A stretch of DNA of 64,000 nt from Lytechinus pictus (lineage: Eukaryota). Positions 23,816 to 33,800 of the stretch are shown piece by piece (the first letter of the stretch is position 1; each line of letters starts with the position of its first letter). The stretch spans positions 43,214,001 to 43,278,000 of the forward strand of contig NC_087245.1 of assembly GCF_037042905.1 (NCBI RefSeq), read 5' to 3'. Under the pieces are notes generated by a model, which did no database searches, was not told the DNA's origin, and saw nothing but the letters and a program-made list of their open reading frames with translations. A program made the position numbers and the translations under genes.

Positions 23816-24482
23816 TACCTCGACATTTCGTGCAGGCTCCACTCCCGCTCCACTCCACTTCACTACCTCTACATTACGCTCCACCTACCCGAACTTCGAG
23901 ACCGTGAACTCTATCAGATATTCCAAGTTACAAAGGAGGGATTTTATGGGGGGGGAATATAAAATTAATGCAACATCACGATCTTTAAAAACAATTAAAA
24001 CTAATATTCTTACTTTACACCAAGTTTCACTTCTTTTCCATGCGTCTATCAGTCTCAAAATTGGTGATTTAGAGCCAACATGAAGTTCCTCACACATAAA
24101 TAATTCGCTGCCGTATCGCATGAGATGAGCTACCGGGTCCGGTCCGAGCTCGGACCCTCGCGCGCGCATGCGATGTTTTGAAATCGGCAGCGGATTATAT
24201 ATACGTGTGAGGAACTTCATGTTGGCTCTAAATCACCAATTTTGAGACTGATAGAAGCATGGAAAAGAAGTGAAACTTGGTGTAAAGTAAGAATATTAGT
24301 TTTAATTGTTTTTAAAGATCGTGATGTTGCATGAATTTTATATCCCCCCCCCCCCCCCATTAAATCCCACCTTTGTCACTCGGAATATCAGATAGAGTTT
24401 ACGGTCTCGAAGTTTGGGTAGGTGGAGCGTAGTGTAGCGGTAGTGAAGTGGAGTGGAGCCTGCACAAACTTCGCTCGAGGTA
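23816..24482. mobile_element. Foldback element with 9-bp TSD (Mutator-like MITE)
   Basis: About 280-bp inverted arms (TACCTCGA...TCGAGGTA) flanked by direct GTGTGAGTG at 23807-23815 and 24483-24491. Confidence 0.8.
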
Positions 24483-25539
24483 GTGTGAGTGATACACTAT
24501 ACTGCCTTGGCCTTAATTAGGCCTTACGGCTGTGAATATTGTTACTGTTAGTGACCGGCCAAGTAGTCTAGATCTAGACCTAGACTAAACTTAAAATCTA
24601 GGAGATGGGTCTACACTCTTAAAATAACCTCTTCAAATTCTGAAAAGATTTCCTTGTCAAATATTTTCGAATAGAAAACTATTCAAAATGAATAGTTTTC
24701 TATTCAAAATGATTAGAAAACTGTTCAAAATGAAAAAGAATCGTTTCATTTTGAATGACAAAGATAAAAAGATTTCCTTGTCAAATATTTTGAATAGAAA
24801 ACTGTTCAAAATGATTAGAAAACTATTTAAAATGAAAAGAATCGTTTCATTTTGAATGACAATAACAAAAAGATTTCCTTGTCAAATATTTTGAATAGAA
24901 GACTATTTAATGAAAATAGAGAATCGTTCCCTTTTGAATGACAAAATGCCCGGGGCACGTACTGACCTAAAAAATGTGCCGCCGCAAACACCCTCTTCAC
25001 GCCTTAATTGCCTGCCGCTCCGTAGACCCCATATAAATTCAAGCACAATATTTAGTTCACAAGCCCTTTTTGAAAATTCTTAATCCCTTTTGGGGGAAAT
25101 TTAATATCTAGACCCCCGGCCATTTTAAGCAAATTTCAGATTTTTTTGCTTCCAGAGCAATTGACAAAAAATAGCTCTCAACTTCAAACGGCATTTGACC
25201 CACCTCCCCCCCCCCCCCGTCAGAAGCTTTGCCCGGCCCCCCCCCCCTCCAAGTTGCCCCCAATAATTTTCGGAGTGAAAAATTAAAGGGTTGAAAATGA
25301 GAAAGAAAAGAAAAGGGAGGGTTTTTTTGTCCGGCATTGCCCCCCCCCCCCACATTTTGTTTTGCCCCCTATTTGCCCCCCCCCTTAAAAATCCTGGTGC
25401 CGCCACTGCTTTTAAGGTCACTTCGGTTATAGATCTCCTTTTCAGAGTCAACTCGGTTATACCTGTCCCCCGTTTCAGAAACCGGGGCCGCACATCCCTA
25501 CCAAACCCAAAGTTGAGTGCCCCCCCCCCCGACAAAATG

Positions 25540-25717
25540 ACGTGGATGCTGAAAATTTTTGATACGTATTCTCTTCAAAATGACGTTGTCTTCGATGAAA
25601 CATTTCATTGGTCAAACTTGTTGACTGACGTCACCGCGCCGGCCGCGCGCGCAGCTAGCGCAGCGCAGACGATCATTTGAAATCAGTCGCCATATCATGA
25701 GTGTATACCGCGGTAAG
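25540..25717 (+). promoter_or_regulatory. Probable promoter and leader exon of D
   Basis: CpG-rich patch with ATTGG and TGACGTCA (25626), followed by a consensus donor G|GTAAGT at about 25712. Position is inferred only. Confidence 0.4.
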
Positions 25718-26129
25718 TTATCCAGTTTAATCTGTAAGATATTACATGATTTTGTCGGTGAAGTAGTTTTATTTTTATATGTATTAATATGCTCTATTCT
25801 CTTGAACAAATTTCTTGTATCTGCAACAGTGCCATCATACGATTTTCGGTCAAAATGCAACTCACAAAATGTCAATGCAACTCACAAAATGTCATGTACG
25901 ATCACTGCGATGCTACTCGATGCACATACGTTATGAATATGATTGATGTACGGTAGCTTAGCCTTAGCCTACTGCATTCGACAGTCTGCATGCAGTTTGC
26001 ACAATGATTAGTCTGGAATTGATGTTGTTTTATGATGTTCACCCCTGGGCCTGGCCCTGGCCCTGGTCTCGCGGCTAGCACTAGCAGTCTCAGTCATAAG
26101 ACAGCAAATGGAACTCGAGTAAGTTAGGC

Positions 26130-26660
26130 TTGGAAGTTGGGCTAGGCTAGGCCTACCTTAGGTCTAACGTTAGGCCTATCTAACTAGTATTAGGCCTAAC
26201 TTTAGGCCTACTAGGCCTAGTAAGTTATGGTTAGCAATAGCATGTCGAGTCGTCTTGAGCAAGGCAAGGCAAAACAAGGCAGACCCATGTAGGCCTAGCT
26301 ATAGGCCTAACTGTTAGATCCCGGCGGGGCCTAGATCTATCTACATTACGAGTATATTCATGAAGCGTGGATTGTATAGGCCCTGAAGGCTAAGGTATTC
26401 AGCGATCTCATGCACAAAAATGTCAAGAAGCATATTTTTATTCCAAACCTCATTTCATACTAGGCCTGGGCCCTGACCCAGGCCAAGGCTAGACTAGATC
26501 AAGGCCTATCCCTAGCCTAGCCTAGGCCCTAACTTAGTTTAGGCCTAGGCCTAACTTTAGTATTTGATATTCAATTTTTTTTCAATGAATGCCTAAGTTA
26601 TGGCTTCACTGTCTTGAAGGTAGCTATAGCCTAGGCCTAGTAGGCCTAACTTAGGCCTAC
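26130..26660. repeat. Low-complexity tract of TAGGCCTA/CTAG palindromes
   Basis: Dense AGGCCT and CTAG motifs. Confidence 0.8.
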
Positions 26661-26666
26661 TACTGA

Positions 26667-27762
26667 TTTTTTATACCCCCGCCACACACAAGGTGTGTAA
26701 CTGTAAGGGGGTAGGCCTAGGCCCTATATAGGAATCACCGTGTGGCCGGGCGGGTGGGCGGTCCGTTGCAGAATCTTGTGGATCAAACTCCCTCAGTTTT
26801 TGATCAATTGACTTGAAATTTAATACATGGGTCCATAATGATATGTAGAAGTGCAAGATATATTTTTCGTCAAAGTCGGGAAATGCGTTGCCATGGCAAC
26901 AGCATTTTTTGAGTGAAATTCATGCAAAAATCTTGTGGATCTAACTCCTCCCTCAGTTTTTGATCAATTGACCTGAAATTTAGTAGGCCTACATAGGTCC
27001 ATAATGATGTTTAGAAGTGCAAGATATATTGTTCATCAAAGTTGAGAATTGCGTTGCCGTGGCAACAGCATTTTTTGAATGAAATTCATGCAAAAAATTT
27101 GTGGATCTAACTCCTTCCTCAGTTTTTGATCAATTGACCTGAATTTTTAATTAGGCTAGTAGGCTTACATAGGTCCATAATGATGTATAAAAATTCAAGA
27201 TATATTTTTCGTCAGAGTCGAGAATCGTGTTGCCATGGCAACAGCATTTTTTGAATGAAATTTGTGCAAAATTTTTGTGGATCATACTACTCCCTCAGTT
27301 AAGGACCAATTAATTTGAAATTTGGAACATTAAGTCCATATTGATGTGTATAAAATATAAGTGCAAGATATAATTTTCGTCAAAGTCGAGAATTGCGTTG
27401 CCATGGCAACAACATTTTAAAATAAAATTGGTGCAAAAATCTTGTGGATCATACTACTCCCTCATTTTTTGACCAATTGATTTGAAATTCGGTGCATGGG
27501 TCCATAGTGATATGAAGAAGTGCAAGATATAGGCCTAATAGTTAAAAAAAAAGAAGGTTGCACTGTTGATTGGATTCTCAGTGAAATGTCATTCTTTGAT
27601 ATATCTGATGATGCATAGTTTTTGCCCTAACTGATAGACTTCAAAATATTTCATTTTTTCTTTTCTTTTTGGGGTTATTATAGTGGGATATTATTTTTTA
27701 TGTAGGTAGAGCGCTGCTGGCGGGGGTAGTATTATTAATCACTGATAGTGATATTTCTAGTT
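26667..27762 (+). mobile_element. Helentron-associated-like (HINE/Tsp-type) element with internal ~170-bp tandem repeats
   Basis: Subterminal inverted repeat TACCCCCGCCA / TGGCGGGGGTA, about 4.5 tandem units containing GTTGCCATGGCAAC, 3' hairpin ATCACTgatAGTGAT then CTAGTT, T-rich insertion site. Confidence 0.7.
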
Positions 27763-30293
27763 TTTTTATGTAGGCCTAGGCCTATATTATATGCATGCAA
27801 AGAGAGTCTTTGGCAAAGTGTCAAGATTGACATTGAGATAAAACTAGCCATCAGTGTCATAACTACCAGGCATGTAGCTGGGGGGGGTTGGGGCAGTCAC
27901 CCCCCAAAAAAAAACAAAAAAAGGAGAGAGGGAGAAAGGGGGAGAGAGAAAAAAAAATGAAAAAGTAAGAGAAGTTAGGGAAAGGGCAGATGTAGAATCA
28001 CAACAAAGATTGTCTTCTTTTGCTAATGATTTCAGGAAATTTCAAAGCTTCCACGCTTAGCGCAGGAGGGGGAAACTCAAAGCCTACCAGAAACCTGTGA
28101 TTTTATTTCAATTCGTTTCAGAAATCAGAGTTTCTCAGTTGGCCTTTCTTGTAGATTTTAGTACTTTATTACTATGTGCTTTGATGAATTATCCCACATT
28201 TTAAGAGTAGCCGATTCGAAACATTTTCTAAGCATTATGGATCTTTAAGATTAGGCCTCAATATTTTTATCATAAAGGAAACCCTCTGTTGACATAGTTG
28301 TGACTGACTACGCATGTCAACACCTAAAGGCTAAGGGCACAGCCGTCTTGTAAATTCTAGAATAATATAATTAAAATAACGGAATTTCAACAATGAAAAT
28401 TTCAAAACTCATTTTAGGTGACTTATTGTGGGCTTTTGAGATAGTAGGTCACATATGTAGACCACCCCCCCCCCCAAAAAAAGGGCTTGACACACACCTG
28501 TCAGGTGGTCAGATGAGGCCAAATAAAAATAATTTCAATTTTTTTTCTCGTCCCCTCCTTCCTTTTTTGGGGGCCGCCTTAATTGCTTTGTTATTTGATA
28601 TTTTTGTTCTGAAATGATATGAATAAAAATATGAGGACTTCTAGACAATGATATACCAAAAAACATTAATATGCAATTACACCTTGTTTCGATCCTCTGT
28701 AGTGTAGTACAAGTGTTACTAAATTTGTGAAGAATGTGTTGAAGTTGACCCAATAGCATTTTTGTGTATAAAAAAAAATCAAATATCAAATAAATAACAT
28801 GGAACCCCCTCCTCATTTTCGAAAAATCCGGACGAGAAACTAGGAATTGATTTTACTTGGCCTTACCAGTAAAAGTCACTGTCAGGCAATTAGCTTAGTT
28901 TGCTGGTCTGATATGACCGATATGTATATTGTCAGGGCTAGTAAAAAAGAACAAATCCGATCGAGGGGGGAAATTAGAGACATTTGCATATATTTACATG
29001 TATTTCAACAAATTCTAATTGCAACAGACTTTGTATTCAGGACTTTTTTATTTTCTCAGAATATTATATAAGTGATCTGATAATGAACAAAAATAAAGCC
29101 CTGTGTGATTTCAAAAAGATGCAAGTCTACTACCTCCCCTCCCCGGAACTTTAATTCCCAAGGCCATATAACTTGTTTTATAAAGATGTTTGAAACAAGA
29201 AAATAAAAAGGCCTCCATCTTTTTGGGGGGCACCGCATATTGAAAATATAGTGCTATAAACCGTAGGTATTCAGAAATTAATTCAATAAAAAACAAAGAG
29301 CCCCTCCTATTTTTCCAAAAACCAGAAGAGAACCATTTTTTTTTGTTTTACTTGGCCTTAAAATGTGTTTTTTTTTTTTTTTTTGGGGGGGGTTTGTTGA
29401 AAAATTACTGGAAATGAAATATTGTGTGCCTACAAAATCAGATCAGATATTGTCTTTTAAAGCGAGCGTGCATGATTTCGCTCAGTGGCACATCTAAAAT
29501 GGGTTAAGTCAGAGCAATTTATCGCGGCAAGTCATGTCAGAAGCCACTCCAGAGACATTTTTCAGCAGTGGCAGTACTAAGGGGGGGGGGAGGGGACGAA
29601 TTCCCCTGGAATTTTTATTTTTGAACACTAAGCTTATAATGCCATGTAGGCCTACAAGAATTTCATATATGTGAGACATAATTTGGTTCCAAGAGCAAAT
29701 ATCGATCGGGGGGGGGGGGAGGGGTACGAAACTTTTGTTTTGGTATGGGTGTGAGATTCGCAGGGCTGAAAATAGGGGCTTAAAGAATGGAAAGGCACCA
29801 AAATAGGGGCTCAAAGAACTAATTTTTTTAAACTGATTTTTGGCCCATTTTAAAGCTTGAGAACTCGTTGCCAGTTTTATGTTTACAAGTTCCATTATTG
29901 CCCTTGCCTTATAGACAACTGTATTTTTTACCCACACCTATTGATTTTTTATGTTGTAGAAACAGCAGCAACATACAAACCCATCACTTTAATGGTTTTC
30001 TCAAAATCGAAAAAATTATGAAATTAGAGGGGATAGTTTCCATCTTATAAATGTTCTTATGTCTCCAGAGACAAATAATTAACATTCCTGTATGAGTGCT
30101 TCTTAATTCAGCTCTAGTCTATCATGTCAAATTAAATCAGATAGAAATTTAGTTTGAGCTCTATTTGAGGGGAAAAAATTTAAATAAAAAAGAAATGTGT
30201 CTCATAATCGCCCAAGAGTTAAATTTTAGAAAAATTTATACCCAAGGAGTATTAAAATGACATTTTGATGATCAAAAAGTTTGAAGTCACCTG

Positions 30294-30463
30294 GTGGGTG
30301 TTTCATAAAGCTGTTCGTAAGATACGAATGACTTTACGAACGACTGGTGATCCTTTCTTGTGCTCTGTGATATCCCTATGTAATTGAATTATGACCTAAG
30401 AACATGTTCCAGTCGTGCGTAAAGTCGTTCGTAACTTTACGAACAGCTTTATGAAACACCCAC
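30294..30463. mobile_element. 170-bp MITE with 3-bp TSD (PIF/Harbinger-like)
   Basis: CTG|GTGGGTGTTTCATAAAGCTGTTCGTAA...TTACGAACAGCTTTATGAAACACCCAC|CTG. Confidence 0.8.
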
Positions 30464-30879
30464 CTGATGACCACAGATAGTGTGTTTATTTTGCTCAAAA
30501 GGACTGATTTCAATACAATTTTAGCCTCTTTAGGGGGTAAAGTGTATCATTGATGGGGGTTATTAAATTTTTGTTGCTGAAATAGGGGTGTTGTAACTTT
30601 ATCGCCGTCGACTTTTTGTAAATTTGGACCCCCCCCCCCCTCACAAGAAAATGCTAGCCCTCGTAGGAAAGAGATAGAAACAGATTTATGCAAAACTAAT
30701 TTTCAACATTTGAGGCCATTAGGAGAGGGTCCTCTATATATGAGTTAAGTCAAATTGAAAATGTGATGTCAAATTAAAAAGTTGAACCAAACTTTTAACC
30801 CCGATAATGATTATCTTCCCTTTTTATACAGCTCCTTCCTTTTCACGGATCTCCTTCCAGATTGGAGTGTGTTGTCATC

Positions 30880-33800
30880 ATGGATGACTTTGTTAAAGAG
30901 AAACTAGTGATGTGGGGGCTGGAAAGATTTCTGGAAAATTTTGAAGGTAAGCTTTTGTAATCATAACTGTTCAACTGTCGCAAAATTTGATATTGTTGCT
31001 TGAAGAATTTCTCAGACTGAGCAAGTTTAATTGAGTTTAACACTGCATTTGGTATGCAAAACAGTGTTAAATATGCACAGTAAATGCATGCCTAAGCCTT
31101 CCGTATTTGAATGTACGCAGCACGCAAGACATTTACTGCCGTTCAATCAAAGTCCGAGAATAACGTTGGGCGTTCATGGTTAGTAACAAATCACTTTACA
31201 CACTTTTTTATCCGTTCGAGAAATTCCTCAATCAACAATAAAATAATATTCCATCTATAATGTGAGCCTGTCTGGCTATGGATTTGTTTGGCCATGCTTT
31301 GACCTACGGAGCTGTTTGGCTTGTAGGGGGTTAGCAAGCTTGAAGGTGTGTGATGTCAAGCTTCCAAATTTTGCACTCATTTTTACTTGGAATATTTATA
31401 ATGAGCGATCAACTTTAAATTGTTGTTCAAAATAAAATGTTTTGCCGACAGACTTACCCAACTTTCTGGGCAGTATGTAACCAGAACAATTTTGTCCCGC
31501 CTTATGTTTGTTGTTGAACCTATGACAAATGTGTACAAAATAGTTTTGAATTAAAAGTAGGAGTGGGCTTTATACAGGGGTCAAAACACTTTTTTGGTAA
31601 TTTAATTTTTACAACAGTGTTTTTTTTGTGGGAAATGACTTATCTCAATATAATATGGAAAAATTTTGGACTATGTGTTTACCAAAAAGGTGCGCCATGC
31701 CCTCTTATGTCAGCTCATAGCTATTGAAATTGTGGGAAGGAGCAAAAAGTTACTTAATTTCACTCATTTTCAGTGAATATTTCTGTACCTTTGGTGTCAA
31801 ATTAGATGCAAATGAAGTCAAAATACAAGATTTTGAAAGTTTTGTAAAAATCAGACATTTCGTTTTTGTGAAATGCGCCATCATAGGTTAAAATGTAGCA
31901 TGAGGGTGCTTTTCATTCTTTCAAAATTTTTTTGAATTTTTTGCTTATCAAAGGATACCAGAATAAAGATAATACTAAGTTTGACATCCTCAAGAAGTTT
32001 GAGCTTTCTATTGCAAATGGTTTATCTGTAGCGACTATTAGAGTATCCGATTAGAATCGATATGTTTCCCATCAAATTACACAGAGGAAAATTTTGGTCG
32101 GTAAAGAGCGTGCATTATTTACAGGGGAAGGGGCAAGGAGAAACTTATGGGGGAGGGGTGTCATATGATTTTCAGTTGGTCAAATATTAAAGGGCATTTT
32201 GGGGAATTTGGGTCCTTGCATGCTTAGAACACAAAAGGGAAGATGCAATGCATTAATATGTGTGAGATAAACATAGTGTGCCTCAGGTTTTTTGCGCCAT
32301 TATCACTTATGCTAATATTGCAGAAAGATTTTGCTTACATGCGCACTAGAAAGCCATCTGAAGAACTTTGAATCTTCCTAATTTTCCAAGATTTGTGTAG
32401 GTCATCAGCAAATATTATGTTTCAAACTTCAAAAGTGTTTCTTGAATTTGATACCAATTAAATTCTACCAAATTCAGCTACATTGTATGTATTATGAAGA
32501 TTCCCCAACTACTGCTCCATGAGATCGAAGCGAGAACTTCGACTCAAGAACCACTAATTTTTTTTCTTTCTAATTACACCCCTCATGAAAACCTGGTAAA
32601 AACACACATGCCCACAATGCCTGTAATCTGGATCATGAATAACACGGAATATGGTCATATGGTTTTATTTGTAACAGAACAAGAGATTGACCAAGAAACC
32701 CTCCTTCTCCTTGATGATCAAGCTGTGAAAGCGGATTTGATAAAGCCACTTGGTCCAAGATCAAAGCTGCTCCAAAGGATAAAGGAATTGAAGGTACTAT
32801 TATTTTGACTTTTACTCTGTAAAGGAGTATATCGGAAACACTATTCTAATGGAATATAATTGTACTTGTCCCAAGTGTGGTGAACTTATAGACGGTGGCA
32901 GTAAAGCAATTTTATGGCATTTACAGAATCGACATGGTGTTATTAAGGGCCGTATTTTTACAGAAAGTATAGTATGTATGCAGGAAGGGTGCCAACGAAC
33001 ATTCTCAGGCAGAACGGAACAGTTCAAGCGCCACTTGATGAGTCATGCTTGTACTAGAGAACCACATGGCCATGTCCCACCACGTCCACATGGTAATTTT
33101 GATAATGCTGCAGATGTTGACGCAGGCAATGATTTTGCTGAAAACATTGATGTTGACATTGACCCAACAGAAGGGGATGCTGAGATGTGGGATTATTTTG
33201 GTGAGGATGAAATTAAGGAACGGGCTGTCATGCTGGTTGCGGGTCTGCTGGCAAACAGTAGCATTGTCCATACCACAGTTAATGAAGTTGTAGAAAAGTC
33301 AGCTTCTTTAGTTAAAGACACGTGTATGTATATAAAATATAAGGTGCAAAAATTCGGTGCAGAAACTGGACTTGAAGAAAATGATGAATTTCAAAGTCTC
33401 CTATTGGATATAGATATGGTTTCCCACCCGTTTGATAACATGGAAAGTCAATACAAGCAGAAGAAATTCTTCAAGAACAGTGCAGCTTTTATTCAGCCTG
33501 AACAAACTACAATAGGTATTGCATATTATCCATGTAATAACCGTTTAACAGGCAATGTGCAGCAGGTTATGAAGACTATCACATGCCAGTACATTCCAAT
33601 TAAAAAGCTAATAACCTTATTGCTTGAAAAAACAGATCTTATGAAACTAGCTGTAAGCTATGAACCAAGCACAGATGGTATGATGCATGATTTTCAAGAT
33701 GTTTTTTTTTCTGCAGGCAAAGTAGGTTTTTATCTAGCACTCGTACAATCAAACTAATTCTGTATGTAGATGACTTCGAGGTTACCAACCCTCTTAGTCC

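Noticed and set aside
25108-25680. Gly/Pro-rich ORFs
   Set aside because: They arise from poly-G/poly-C runs of small interspersed repeats and show no protein-like features.
25698-30908. Spliced upstream ORF (MSVYR joined to the exon at 30861) overlapping the D accessory start out of frame
   Set aside because: It depends on an unverified leader exon and junction, and no second element supports it.
33698-33715. Programmed -1 ribosomal frameshift at the T9 run in the D transposase
   Set aside because: The shifts in A, D and E are at non-homologous positions and B has none. One lost G restores the DG motif conserved in A and E, so an indel or assembly error is simpler.
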